Shown here piece by piece: positions 54,501-63,936 of a DNA stretch of 64,000 bases (position 1 is the first letter of the stretch; each line of letters opens with the position of its first letter). The notes beneath the pieces were generated by a model that had not been told where the DNA came from, did no database searches, and saw only the letters and a program-made list of their open reading frames with translations. Source of the stretch: Bacteroides uniformis. GTDB lineage: Bacteria; Bacillota; Clostridia; Oscillospirales; Ruminococcaceae. A program made the translations under genes and the position numbers. The stretch is from assembly GCA_963615155.1 (NCBI GenBank), contig CAVEGP010000001.1, positions 17,437-81,436 on the forward strand, read 5' to 3'.

Positions 54501-54523
54501 AAAACTTCCTCCCTCAAATCGTA

Positions 54524-54605
54524 TAGAAATAAAAAACGGCAGGTATTTTTCAGCCCGCCGTCTTTGCGTTGTACACATGTTATCGAAGATTTTCGGGAAT
54601 GTCAA
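54524..54605 (-). promoter_or_regulatory. Promoter followed within about 10 nt by an intrinsic terminator, upstream of the membrane-protein operon
   Basis: TTGACA (54605-54600) - 17 nt - TAACAT (54582-54577); hairpin ACGGCGGG-loop-CCTGCCGT (54561-54536) then TTTTTTATTT. Confidence 0.45.
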
Positions 54606-54802
54606 ATGAGTATGACTAAAACTTGAGCCCAAAAAACGCAACCGGAAAAGAAGATTAAAAAACGTCTATTCTTTATCACTTTAAAATATTAAAGCTCTAT
54701 TTGCAAACGCCTTGTTTTCGTTGAAAGTTGCCTAAAATTATGAGAACTTTTTCAGCAATCTGCCAACGTCTGTTGCAGAAAATCCGTCACGGATATTTCC
54801 AT

Positions 54803-54841
54803 GAAACACAAAAGACACCCCCGCCTTTCGACGGGAGTGTC
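54803..54841 (-). terminator. Intrinsic terminator after rplL
   Basis: Minus strand GACACTCCCGTC-GAAA-GGCGGGGGTGTC followed by TTTTGTGTTT. Confidence 0.88.
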
Positions 54842-54889
54842 TCTGTTTCAAGAATCAGAATTCAAGAAAGAACGTTCAGGGGGATCAAA

Positions 54890-55264
54890 TTACTTGATCT
54901 CGACCTTTGCGCCAGCCTCTTCCAGCTTCTTCTTGATGTCCTCAGCCTCAGCCTTGGAAGCCTTCTCCTTGACAGCCTTGGGTGCGCCGTCAACGATAGC
55001 CTTAGCTTCCTTCAGGCCCAGGCCGGTGATCTCCTTGACCAGCTTGATGACCTGCATCTTGGTTGCGCCAGCCTCAGCGAGGATGACGTCGAACTCGGTC
55101 TTCTCTTCCTCAGCGGGAGCAGCAGCACCAGCAGCAGCGGGAGCAGCAGCAGCAACAGCGGAAACGCCGAACTCTTCGCAGTAGGTGTCGATCAGCTCTT
55201 TCAGCTCCAGAACGGTCAGGCCCTTAACGGACTCGATGATGGCAGTAATCTTCTCAGAAGCCAT
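54890..55264 (-). CDS. rplL: 50S ribosomal protein L7/L12
   Basis: 124-aa ORF; Ala-rich hinge and C-terminal [16 protein letters not shown]. Confidence 0.97.
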   Translation of the reverse strand: MASEKITAIIESVKGLTVLELKELIDTYCEEFGVSAVAAAAPAAAGAAAPAEEEKTEFDVILAEAGATKMQVIKLVKEITGLGLKEAKAIVDGAPKAVKEKASKAEAEDIKKKLEEAGAKVEIK

Positions 55265-55332
55265 GGTAATAACCCTCCAATATCAATGGTTTTGTGTTTG
55301 TTTCAGTGTTTTAAGCAGCGGTCACGCAGCCA

Positions 55333-55848
55333 TCAGGCAGCGGGCTCCTCCTGCTTGTCGGCATAAGCCTGCATTGCGACAGCCAGACCAGACAGAGTGC
55401 TGGTAAGAGCACCTGCGAACATGGACAGCATGCCTTCGCGGTTGGGCAGCTTTGCGATAGCGTTGGTCTCAGCAGCGTTCATGACCTTGCCTTCCATGAA
55501 GCCAGCCTTAACGACGAACTTCTTGGACTTATCGCCCTCCTGATACTTGCACAGGATGCGGGCAGCGGACATGGGATCTGCCTCGTGAGCAAAAGCGATA
55601 GCGGTATCGCCCTTGAAGTTCTCAGCCAGACCCTCCAGAGAAGTGCCCTTGACAGCCAGACGCAGCATGGTGTTCTTCACGACCATATAATCAACGCCTG
55701 CCTCACGCAGCTCCTTACGGAGCTTGGTGTCGTTCTCGACGTTGATGCCGCCGTAAGCGACGACGCAGCCGGAAACCGCACTCTCAAACTTTGCCTTCAG
55801 ATCAGCGACATAAGCCTGCTTTTCAGAAAGAATCTTTGCACTGGGCAT
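55333..55848 (-). CDS. rplJ: 50S ribosomal protein L10
   Basis: 171-aa ORF upstream of rplL; typical L10 (...G..V....LR..LR..G....V.KNT). Confidence 0.95.
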   Translation of the reverse strand: MPSAKILSEKQAYVADLKAKFESAVSGCVVAYGGINVENDTKLRKELREAGVDYMVVKNTMLRLAVKGTSLEGLAENFKGDTAIAFAHEADPMSAARILCKYQEGDKSKKFVVKAGFMEGKVMNAAETNAIAKLPNREGMLSMFAGALTSTLSGLAVAMQAYADKQEEPAA

Positions 55849-56053
55849 TCGGTTTCACCTCGTTTCAAAAAACTTGTATCGAAAACCGGAGTCGGCATGA
55901 AAAAAGCCTCTTTCCCGCACTTGGACGAGAAAGAGGCATAAAACAACTTTTACGCACGTTTCTCGGCAGGCGGCATAGCCTTACGCTGGACTCCAGCACC
56001 TGCTGTCTCAAAAACAGCATGGTTATTTTACCGCAAACGTGCGGAGTTGTCAA
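55849..56053 (-). promoter_or_regulatory. rplJL promoter and L10-leader-type attenuator
   Basis: TTGACA (56053-56048) - 17 nt - TAAAAT (56030-56025); about 170-nt leader with terminator GCCTCTTTC...GAAAGAGGC plus T6 (55937-55899). Confidence 0.55.
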
Positions 56054-56084
56054 TAGGTTTTCTGAATTTTTTCAAAATTCCTCT

Positions 56085-56138
56085 GTCAGGCTTCCTTAAT
56101 AGGGGAGCCGACTGTGCCAAAGCACAGACTAAGAGGTT
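56085..56138. repeat. Degenerate single unit of the two-hairpin repeat
   Basis: GGCTTCC-TTAATA-GGGGAGCCGACTGTGCCAAAGCACAGACTAAGAGGTT. Confidence 0.55.
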
Positions 56139-56154
56139 TTTCTCAAATCAGAAA

Positions 56155-56847
56155 TCAGACACCGTACTTCAGGGTGTTGAGACGGATGCCAGGACCCATT
56201 GTGGTGGCGATGGTTGCGCTCTTGAAGTAAGTGCCCTTCGCAGCAGCGGGCTTTGCCTTAGCGATCGCGCTCATGACAGTGTCCAGGTTGGTGTACAGCT
56301 TCTCAGCACCGAAGGATGCCTTGCCGACAGGAACATGGATGATGTTCTGCTTGTCCAGACGATACTCGATCTTACCAGCCTTAGCCTCGGAGACAGCCTT
56401 GCCCAGATCCGGAGCAACGGTGCCTGCCTTGGGGTTCGGCATCAGTCCACGGGGACCGAGAACCTTACCAAGACGACCAACGCGACCCATCATGTCGGGG
56501 GTGGTAACAACGACGTCGAAGTCCATGAAACCGCCAGCGATGCGTGCGATCAGCTCGTCATCACCAACGATGTCTGCGCCAGCAGCCTCAGCAGCAGCGG
56601 CTGCTGCGCCCTTAGCGATCGCGCAGACGCGGACAGTCTTACCAGTGCCGTTGGGCAGGACAACTGCGCCACGAACCTGCTGGTCAGCGTGACGACCATC
56701 AACGCCCAGACGGACGTGCAGCTCAACGGTCTCGTCGAACTTAGCGGAAGCGGTCTTGCAAGCCAGCTCCAGAGCCTCGTTCATATCATACAGCTTAGAA
56801 AAATCGACCTGCTTCGCAGCATCGACATAGTGCTTGCCATGTTTCAT
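56155..56847 (-). CDS. rplA: 50S ribosomal protein L1
   Basis: 230-aa ORF; typical L1 (...[14 protein letters not shown]...DQ.VRG). Confidence 0.96.
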   Translation of the reverse strand: MKHGKHYVDAAKQVDFSKLYDMNEALELACKTASAKFDETVELHVRLGVDGRHADQQVRGAVVLPNGTGKTVRVCAIAKGAAAAAAEAAGADIVGDDELIARIAGGFMDFDVVVTTPDMMGRVGRLGKVLGPRGLMPNPKAGTVAPDLGKAVSEAKAGKIEYRLDKQNIIHVPVGKASFGAEKLYTNLDTVMSAIAKAKPAAAKGTYFKSATIATTMGPGIRLNTLKYGV

Positions 56848-56904
56848 TGTATATCCTCCTAAGTGGTCATGCGGGCAGTGTTATGCCCTCCCACGATTTA
56901 TGTC

Positions 56905-57330
56905 TCAGCCCTCGACGACGACGCCCATGCTGCGGCAGGTGCCACGAACCATGCTGCATGCAGCTTCCAGAGAAGCAGCGTTCAGGTCGGGCATCTTGGT
57001 CTTAGCGATCTCCTCGACCTGAGCAGCGGTCAGAGTAGCGACCTTTTCCTTGTTGGGCTTGCCGGAAGCGGTGTTGATGCCAGCGGCCTTCTTGATCAGA
57101 ACGGCTGCCGGAGGAGTCTTGGTGATGAAGCTGAAGGAGCGGTCAGCGTAAACAGTGATGACGACGGGGATGACATAACCCATCTGGTTCTTGGTACGCT
57201 CGTTGAACTCCTTGGTGAACGCCATGATGTTGACGCCCTTCTGACCCAGAGCAGGGCCAACAGGGGGGGCCGGAGTTGCCTTGCCAGCCTCGATCTGCAG
57301 CTTAATGTAGCCAGTAACTTTCTGTGCCAT
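56905..57330 (-). CDS. rplK: 50S ribosomal protein L11
   Basis: Preferred ATG 57330 after GGAGGTG (ORF track start 57411); [24 protein letters not shown]. Confidence 0.96.
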   Translation of the reverse strand: MAQKVTGYIKLQIEAGKATPAPPVGPALGQKGVNIMAFTKEFNERTKNQMGYVIPVVITVYADRSFSFITKTPPAAVLIKKAAGINTASGKPNKEKVATLTAAQVEEIAKTKMPDLNAASLEAACSMVRGTCRSMGVVVEG

Positions 57331-57464
57331 GATAAATGCACCTCCAAAAATCTGTGGTGAGTTGCGGCGTGGTGTCTCCACGCCTCCCACGAGCATGCGC
57401 CCGATGCGCACGCTCTATAAGAACCGCGCTGCGGTCTTACCTTGGTAAACGATTTGCCGGTTGG

Positions 57465-57995
57465 TTACGGCAGCTCGACCTGACCGATGTCCACCTCTGC
57501 GGGCGTTTCGCGGCCGAACATGTTGACCTTGAGCTTGACTTTGAAGCTCTCGGTGTCGATGCCCTCGACAAGACCCATAAAGCCTTCCAGAGGACCTGCG
57601 GTGATCTGCACGGTGTCGCCGACCTTGAAATCCACGGTCAGCGGAGCCGCCTTTTCAACACCCATCTTTTCCACTTCTTCAGCAGTAAGAGGAACCGGCT
57701 TGGATGCAGGACCGACGAAACCGGTGCAGCCGCGCGTGTTGCGCACCACATACCAGGTATCGTCGTTCATGACCATCTTGACCAGAACGTAGCCGGGGAA
57801 CAGCTTGTGCTCCACCATACGTTCCTTACCGTCCTTGATCTCCGGAACCATCTCGGTCGGAACCTTGATATCGCAGATCAGGTCTTGCAGGCGGCGGTTC
57901 TCCACCATGGTCTGCAAGTCCGTCGCTACCTTGTTCTCGTAGCCGGAATAGGTATGCACAACATACCAAAGAGCCTCATTGGACTGTTCTTCCAT
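57465..57995 (-). CDS. nusG: Transcription termination/antitermination protein NusG
   Basis: 176-aa ORF; WYVVHTYSGYE NGN domain and C-terminal KOW (GD.V.I..GP..G). Confidence 0.95.
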   Translation of the reverse strand: MEEQSNEALWYVVHTYSGYENKVATDLQTMVENRRLQDLICDIKVPTEMVPEIKDGKERMVEHKLFPGYVLVKMVMNDDTWYVVRNTRGCTGFVGPASKPVPLTAEEVEKMGVEKAAPLTVDFKVGDTVQITAGPLEGFMGLVEGIDTESFKVKLKVNMFGRETPAEVDIGQVELP

Positions 57996-58022
57996 TTTGG
58001 TTGACCCTCCGTTTCAAGATGA

Positions 58023-58274
58023 TTACGCGCCGATGATCAGGCCGAGAATGCCGCCGAAGATGGCGTCCAGCGCGATCATCACGACCGCGGCGATCGCCAC
58101 AGTGACGAGCACGACGATGGTATTGGTCTTGACGTCCTCCTTCGAGGGCCAGACGACCTTCTTCAGCTCGCTCTTCGAGTCGCGGAAGAACTTAGAAACA
58201 CTGCTTCCGAAGTTCTTCACAGCGGCCTTCATTCTGGCCACAAAGCCCGGCTTTTTCTCGGTTTTGTCCGCCAT
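58023..58274 (-). CDS. secE: Preprotein translocase subunit SecE
   Basis: 83-aa ORF; SELKKVVWPSKED followed by a single TM helix; secE-nusG synteny. Confidence 0.9.
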   Translation of the reverse strand: MADKTEKKPGFVARMKAAVKNFGSSVSKFFRDSKSELKKVVWPSKEDVKTNTIVVLVTVAIAAVVMIALDAIFGGILGLIIGA

Positions 58275-58290
58275 AATGCGTCCGCCTTTC

Positions 58291-58440
58291 TTACTTGGTT
58301 TCGCGATGAACGGTGTGCTTCTTGCAGAAACGGCAGTACTTCTTCATCTCGAGACGATCGGGGTTGTTCTTCTTGTTCTTCGTGGTGTTGTAGTTGCGCT
58401 GCTTGCACTCGGTGCAGGCCAGAGTGATTTTAACGGTCAT
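58291..58440 (-). CDS. rpmG: 50S ribosomal protein L33
   Basis: Below the ORF-track size cutoff; hand translation [49 protein letters not shown]; SD GGAGGTG upstream. Confidence 0.9.
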   Translation of the reverse strand: MTVKITLACTECKQRNYNTTKNKKNNPDRLEMKKYCRFCKKHTVHRETK

Positions 58441-58643
58441 TTGTTGACACCTCCATTATAACGGTCGTTTTGAACCTCCCTCGGCTTGCGGGAGCGCCCG
58501 TAAAAAAACAGGCGCACTTAATAATCCCGCAAAAGAGGTGTTATCATTGTATCACGCCTTTTTCCATTCGTCAAGCGTGTTTTTTGCGATTTTTCAACTT
58601 TTTTGTTTTTTCTTTGCTTTCGTGCTCATCGTCGGCATTTTGC

Positions 58644-58672
58644 TTGCATCACGGGCATAGATATTGTATAAT
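58644..58672 (+). promoter_or_regulatory. Candidate ddl promoter
   Basis: TTGCAT (58644-58649) - 17 nt - TATAAT (58667-58672). Confidence 0.45.
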
Positions 58673-58756
58673 AATGCGTGTTTATCATGATTCTGAGCAA
58701 AATCAAAAATCCGGCGGCGCAGCCATGCGCTGCCATCCAGTCAGGAGAGATCTACG

Positions 58757-59851
58757 ATGCAGTCTGAAGATAAAATGACCGTTGTCCTTCTGTTCGGCGG
58801 TATGTCCAGCGAGCATGAGGTCAGCCGCGTATCCGTGGGTACATTCGTCACGAATATCGACCGTTCCAAATATGAAGTCATGACCATCGGCATCACCAAA
58901 GAGGGTCGCTGGCTCTACACCGAAGCCACCGCAGCGCAGATGGCAGACGGCAGCTGGGAAGAGCTGGCAGGCAACATGCCCTGTGTGCTCAGCCCCGACC
59001 GTGCCGAGCACGGCATGATCCTGTTCACGCCGACCGGACAGGTCGAAAAGATCCATGTGGACGTCGTTATCCCCGTTCTCCACGGTCTATGGGGCGAGGA
59101 CGGCACGCTGCAGGGGCTTATGGAGCTGGCAGGCATCCCCTATGTCGGCTGCGGCGTTCTGGCAAGTGCCGTCTGCATGGACAAGGCAGTTGCGAACGCC
59201 CTGTTCGACGCAAACGGCATCCCTCATACCAAATGGCTTGCCGCCACCCGCTGGGAGATCGAGACGGACATCGAGGGTGTTTGTGACGGTGCGATCGCAA
59301 AGCTGGGCTGGCCCATCTTTGTCAAGCCCGCCAATGCCGGTTCAAGCGTCGGCATCACCAAGGCGACCGGTCGTGATCAGTTGAAGGAAGCCATTGCGCT
59401 GGCTCTCGAGAATGACCGTAAGGTCGTCTTTGAGGCATTTGTGGATGGTCAGGAGGTCGAGTGCGCTGTCATCGGTTCTGAGCCGGCGGTCTCCACCCGC
59501 CCGGGCGAGATCCTTGCCGGCGCAGAGTTCTATACCTACGATGATAAGTATAAGAATGGCGTCAGCCAGACGGTCATCCCTGCGCATCTGCCCGAGGAGA
59601 AGCTGGACGAAGTGAAAACCTATGCAGCGATGGCGTATACCGCTCTCAACTGCGAGGGTCTGGCACGGTGCGACTTCTTTGTGGAAAGGGGCACCGGCAA
59701 GGTCATGATCAACGAAATCAACACCCTGCCCGGCTTTACCTCCATCAGCATGTATCCCAAGCTGATGGAGAACGAGGGCGTTCCCGTGCCCGCTCTCATT
59801 GACCAACTGATCGCGCTTGCTCTCGAAAGGACGGATCGACGCCATGGATAA
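58757..59851 (+). CDS. ddl: D-alanine--D-alanine ligase
   Basis: 364-aa ORF; LLFGG.S.EHEVS, ATP-grasp motifs, EINTLPGFT. Confidence 0.95.
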   Translation: MQSEDKMTVVLLFGGMSSEHEVSRVSVGTFVTNIDRSKYEVMTIGITKEGRWLYTEATAAQMADGSWEELAGNMPCVLSPDRAEHGMILFTPTGQVEKIHVDVVIPVLHGLWGEDGTLQGLMELAGIPYVGCGVLASAVCMDKAVANALFDANGIPHTKWLAATRWEIETDIEGVCDGAIAKLGWPIFVKPANAGSSVGITKATGRDQLKEAIALALENDRKVVFEAFVDGQEVECAVIGSEPAVSTRPGEILAGAEFYTYDDKYKNGVSQTVIPAHLPEEKLDEVKTYAAMAYTALNCEGLARCDFFVERGTGKVMINEINTLPGFTSISMYPKLMENEGVPVPALIDQLIALALERTDRRHG

Positions 59852-60668
59852 TCGCCCCATCGGTGTATTTGATAGTGGACTGGGCGGCTTGACAGGCGTT
59901 CGGGAGCTTCGCAAGCGTCTTCCCAATGAAAACATCGTCTATTTCGGCGATACGGCGCGTGTGCCGTATGGCAGCCGAAGCCCGGAAAGTATCCTCCAAT
60001 ACGCCCGACAGGACATTGCGTTTCTGCTGTCCAAGGACGTCAAGTGCATCATGGCTGCCTGCGGCACGGTGTCCAGCACCTATCCGGCTTCTGAAGCCGC
60101 AAAGCTTCCCGTCCCTTACATGGGCGTGGTAGACGCTGCCGCTCGAGAAGCTGCCTTCGTGACCCGAAACCGGAAGATCGGCATCATCGGCACCGCCGCG
60201 ACCATCCGCTCCCACAGCTATGAGGCACTTCTCCGCAAGCTTGTGCCGGGCGTTGAGATCATCGCCCGTGCCTGCCCGCTTTTTGTTCCGCTGGTGGAGT
60301 CCGGCTATGTTGATCACAGTGCTGCGGATAAGCAGCAGGTCACAAAGCTCGTCATCGCCCAGTATCTGACCGAAGTGCGGGATGCAGGTGTTGACACCCT
60401 CATTCTCGGCTGCACCCATTATCCGCTGCTCAAGACCATGATCGGCGAGTTCATGGGACGGGAGGTCACTCTCGTTGACCCCGCAAAGACGGCGGCGCAT
60501 CATCTCGAGCGTCTGCTCAGTGAGCGCGGTCTGCGTGCCGACCACCCTGCGGGACAGGCGCATTTCTATGTCAGCGATGTGCCGGACAGCTTTTCTCAGA
60601 CCGCCGACCTTTTCCTCGGCGAATATAAGGGTGGACCGATCGACCAGATCGCCATCGAAAAATATTGA
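59844..60668 (+). CDS. murI: Glutamate racemase
   Basis: ATG 59844 overlapping the ddl end by 8 nt; PIGVFDSGLGGLT, ACGT and GCTHYP catalytic Cys motifs. Confidence 0.93.
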   Translation: MDNRPIGVFDSGLGGLTGVRELRKRLPNENIVYFGDTARVPYGSRSPESILQYARQDIAFLLSKDVKCIMAACGTVSSTYPASEAAKLPVPYMGVVDAAAREAAFVTRNRKIGIIGTAATIRSHSYEALLRKLVPGVEIIARACPLFVPLVESGYVDHSAADKQQVTKLVIAQYLTEVRDAGVDTLILGCTHYPLLKTMIGEFMGREVTLVDPAKTAAHHLERLLSERGLRADHPAGQAHFYVSDVPDSFSQTADLFLGEYKGGPIDQIAIEKY

Positions 60669-60684
60669 TAAGGATTCAAAAATC

Positions 60685-61152
60685 GTGAGCAAATCACTGA
60701 ACGAAGATTATATCATCCGGATCAAAAGCTCCGTCGAGCAGTTCGAGCACTCCGGCACGATCTCCGAAGAGGAAGCCGACCGCATCGAGCTGATGACCCG
60801 CGGAAGCCTCGTCAAAAAAGGCAGCAGCTTCTATATTTCTTATAAGGAAACGCAGACCATCGGTTTCGAGGGCTGCACCACGACCATCAAGATCGCCGAG
60901 GATGGAAGCAGGGTCGCCCTGCTCCGCTTCGGTCGTGCGAACGCGCAGTTGATGATCGAGCGGGGACGGCGGAATCTTTGCCATTACGAAACAGATGTCG
61001 GCTCTCTGACGCTGGGCGTCACGGGAGACGGCATTGAGTGCGGTCTGACCGAAAAGGGCGGGCACGCAAAGTTCAGCTATCTGCTGGATACCGACAACGC
61101 CAGCATGATCAGCCGGAATACGCTGGAAATGAGCGTACAGCATGTAAATTAA
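60685..61152 (+). CDS. DUF1934 (YwiB-like) beta-barrel protein
   Basis: C-terminal part of ORF 60475..61152; only plausible start is GTG 60685 (AAGGA 10 nt upstream); directly upstream of argS as in other Firmicutes. Confidence 0.6.
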   Translation: MSKSLNEDYIIRIKSSVEQFEHSGTISEEEADRIELMTRGSLVKKGSSFYISYKETQTIGFEGCTTTIKIAEDGSRVALLRFGRANAQLMIERGRRNLCHYETDVGSLTLGVTGDGIECGLTEKGGHAKFSYLLDTDNASMISRNTLEMSVQHVN

Positions 61153-61159
61153 AACGTCT

Positions 61160-61227
61160 CGCCCTCTCAGGCGTTGCATCTGCCCCGCCAGCTCTCCCAA
61201 GAGCCAGGCGAGGCTGCCGGAGAGAGC
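61160..61227. repeat. Single unit of the two-hairpin repeat (enlarged first loop)
   Basis: CGCCCTCTCAGGCGTTGCATCTGCCCCGCCAGCTCTCCC...GGAGAGAGC between DUF1934 and argS. Confidence 0.75.
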
Positions 61228-61250
61228 AGTTTTGTGAAAGGATAATATCA

Positions 61251-63065
61251 ATGACTGATTTTGAAAAGACCTACCAGAATTACAACCCTCGGCAGGCTGC
61301 TCTGAACGAAGCGCGCGCTCTGCTGAGCGAGGCCGCAAAGGCAGCAATGTCCGACGGCACACTGCCCGAGGCAGAACTGCCCGCCTTCATCGTGGAAATT
61401 CCGGCTGACGTCAAAAACGGTGACATCGCTTCCAACCTTGCGATGGCTGGCGCGCGCACCTGGCACAAAGCCCCCAAGATGATCGCCGACGCGCTGCTGG
61501 CACATCTGCCCTCCCTCGAGAACAGCGTATTCTCCAAGGTAGAAGTTGCCGGACCGGGCTTCATCAACCTGTTCCTCGCTCCGTCCTTCTGGGCCGGCGT
61601 GGTGCTGGGCGCATGTGCCAACACCGAGTATGGACGCACCGATTACGGCAAGGGTGCGAAGTACAACGTCGAGTTCGTTTCCGCCAACCCAACCGGTCCG
61701 ATGCATATGGGCAACGCGCGCGGCGGCGCACTGGGCGACTGCCTTGCCGCTGTCCTTGACTGGGCCGGTCATGATGTGACCCGTGAGTTCTACATCAACG
61801 ACGCAGGCAACCAGATCCAGAAGTTCGGTAAGAGCCTCGCCGTCCGTTATCTCCAGCAGTTCTGCGGCGAAGAGGCTTATCCCCTGCCCAGGGAGTGCTA
61901 TCAGGGCGGTGACATCAAGGTTCTTGCGGGCGAGTTTGCCGAGATCCACGGCGATGAATATGTTGCGTCCTGTCAGGGAATGGACGAAGAGACGCTGTTC
62001 GAGAGCGACGCTTTTGCCACTCTGAAGGACGCTCTGGTCTCCTACGCTCTCCCCAAAAACATCGCCGCCTTGAAGCGTGACCTTGGCAAGTACCGCATTG
62101 ATTACGACGTCTGGTTCCACGAGAGCACCCTGCACGAGTCCGGTGCGGTTCTGGCGGTCGTGGACAAGCTGCTCGAGCTGGGCGCATGCTACAAGACAGA
62201 AGATGGTGCTGTCATGTACCGCAGCGCACAGTATGCCGCTAAGTACGGCACGGTCAACAAAAAGAAGACCGACGACGGCTCCGAAGAGGAAGCCAAGGAC
62301 GAAGTCCTCGTTCGCGCAAACGGCATCCCGACCTACTTTGCCGCCGACATCGCTTACCATTATGATAAGCTGGCGACCCGTGGCTTCGTGAAGGCCATCG
62401 ACGTCTGGGGCGCAGACCACCACGGCCACGTTGCCCGTATGAAGGGCGCGATGGACGCCATCGGTCTGGACGGCAATCAGCTGGACGTCGTGCTGATGCA
62501 GATGGTCAACCTGATGCGTGACGGCCAGCCCGTCCGCATGTCCAAGCGTACCGGCAACGCCATCACCCTGACGGACCTGTTGGAGGAAGTGCCCATCGAC
62601 AGCGCACGTTTCCTCTTCAACATGCACGACGCAGGCAGCGGCATTGACTTTGACCTTGATCAGGCAGTCAAGACCGACAACGACAACCCTGTCTACTACG
62701 TCCAGTATGCGCACGCTCGTATCTGCTCCATCCTCAAAAAGATGGAGAGCGAGGGCGTTCGTTTTGCCGGTGCGGAGAAGGTCGATGCTTCCCTACTGAC
62801 CGAGCCGTCCGAGATGGATCTCATCCGGATGCTGGCAGCCTTCCCGCAGGAGATCGTCATGGCGGCAGAGAAATACGACCCCAGCCGTATCAATCGCTTC
62901 GTCATCGACCTTGCAAGTGCATTCCACCGCTTCTACGGCAACTGCCGCATTCAGGGCGCAGACCCCGCTGTTCAGCAGGCACGTCTGGCTCTCTGCATCG
63001 GTGTGAAGAACGTCATCTTCAACGTCCTGACTATGTTCAAGATCAACGTCCCCGAGAAGATGTAA
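61251..63065 (+). CDS. argS: Arginine--tRNA ligase
   Basis: ATG 61251 within ORF 61038..63065; SANPTGPMHMGNARG (HIGH), MSKRTG (KMSK) class I motifs. Confidence 0.96.
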   Translation: MTDFEKTYQNYNPRQAALNEARALLSEAAKAAMSDGTLPEAELPAFIVEIPADVKNGDIASNLAMAGARTWHKAPKMIADALLAHLPSLENSVFSKVEVAGPGFINLFLAPSFWAGVVLGACANTEYGRTDYGKGAKYNVEFVSANPTGPMHMGNARGGALGDCLAAVLDWAGHDVTREFYINDAGNQIQKFGKSLAVRYLQQFCGEEAYPLPRECYQGGDIKVLAGEFAEIHGDEYVASCQGMDEETLFESDAFATLKDALVSYALPKNIAALKRDLGKYRIDYDVWFHESTLHESGAVLAVVDKLLELGACYKTEDGAVMYRSAQYAAKYGTVNKKKTDDGSEEEAKDEVLVRANGIPTYFAADIAYHYDKLATRGFVKAIDVWGADHHGHVARMKGAMDAIGLDGNQLDVVLMQMVNLMRDGQPVRMSKRTGNAITLTDLLEEVPIDSARFLFNMHDAGSGIDFDLDQAVKTDNDNPVYYVQYAHARICSILKKMESEGVRFAGAEKVDASLLTEPSEMDLIRMLAAFPQEIVMAAEKYDPSRINRFVIDLASAFHRFYGNCRIQGADPAVQQARLALCIGVKNVIFNVLTMFKINVPEKM

Positions 63066-63113
63066 GCATAAAAACAAGGAGCTGTGCCTTGGCACAGCTC
63101 CTTGTTTTTATGC
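63066..63113. terminator. Bidirectional terminator between argS and the ABC ATPase gene
   Basis: GCATAAAAACAAGGAGCTGTGCC-TTGG-CACAGCTCCTTGTTTTTATGC perfect long hairpin. Confidence 0.9.
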
Positions 63114-63116
63114 TTT

Positions 63117-63935
63117 TTACTGTTCCACTTTACTCAGCAGGATACGGTCATTATCAAGCTGCTTTCCGGCATTTTCACGGAACTTTTCCAGCAGATCATC
63201 GACTGTCATCTTACTGCGCTCCTCACCCTTGACGTCAAAAACAATGCGTCCGGCGTCCATCATGAGGGTGCGGTTACCAAGCTCAAGGGCCTGATGCATG
63301 TTATGCGTCACCATCAGACAGGTGATCTTCTTCTCGGCAACGATGCTCTTTGTCAGTTCAAGAACCTTTTCTGCCGTCGCCGGATCGAGGGCGGCGGTGT
63401 GTTCATCCAGAAGAAGAAGCTTCGGCGTAACAAGAGTCGCCATCAGCAGAGTCAATGCCTGCCGCTGACCGCCCGAAAGCAATCCGACCGGCTGCTTCAT
63501 CCGATCCTCCAAGCCCATATTCAGTAGCGCAAGCCTTTCCCGGAACAACTCTTTATCCTTTTTGGAGATGCGGGAAAAGATGGCGTGCGGCGCAGTGCCT
63601 GCACGGAGATACGCCAGCGCAAGATTTTCTTCAATCGACATATTCGGGGCTGTGCCCTTGAGCGGGTCCTGAAACAGATGTCCGATGACCTTGCTGCGCC
63701 GGAACTCCGGCGAAAAGGTGATATCCTCTCCGCCCAAAATGATGCTACCCTTATCGGCGATAAAGCCGCCCGTGATGGCATTGAACATTGTGGACTTTCC
63801 TGCGCCGTTCGAGCCGACGATGGTTGCAAAATCGCCCGCTTCCATATGGAGACTCACACCGTTCAGGGCGACCTTTTCGTTGACGGTGCCGGGGTTGAAG
63901 GTCTTGTGGAGGTTATTCAGTGTCAGCATTTCCAT
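63117..63935 (-). CDS. ABC transporter ATP-binding protein
   Basis: 272-aa ORF; GSNGAGKST Walker A, LSGGQRQ signature, LLLDEHTAALD Walker B. Confidence 0.9.
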   Translation of the reverse strand: MEMLTLNNLHKTFNPGTVNEKVALNGVSLHMEAGDFATIVGSNGAGKSTMFNAITGGFIADKGSIILGGEDITFSPEFRRSKVIGHLFQDPLKGTAPNMSIEENLALAYLRAGTAPHAIFSRISKKDKELFRERLALLNMGLEDRMKQPVGLLSGGQRQALTLLMATLVTPKLLLLDEHTAALDPATAEKVLELTKSIVAEKKITCLMVTHNMHQALELGNRTLMMDAGRIVFDVKGEERSKMTVDDLLEKFRENAGKQLDNDRILLSKVEQ

Positions 63936-63936
63936 C

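Noticed and set aside
57366-57384. Hairpin GGCGTGG-AGACA-CCACGCC in the nusG-rplK spacer as an L1-binding autoregulatory mimic
   Set aside because: The position is plausible (L11 operon leader), but I cannot verify the L1 recognition motif from memory. It needs an Rfam L1/L11 leader scan.
261-61227. Could the recurring repeats be a CRISPR array or arrays?
   Set aside because: The copies are dispersed over 61 kb at gene boundaries, occur in both orientations and as inverted pairs, and vary in sequence. They have no regular repeat-spacer periodicity, and no cas genes are present.
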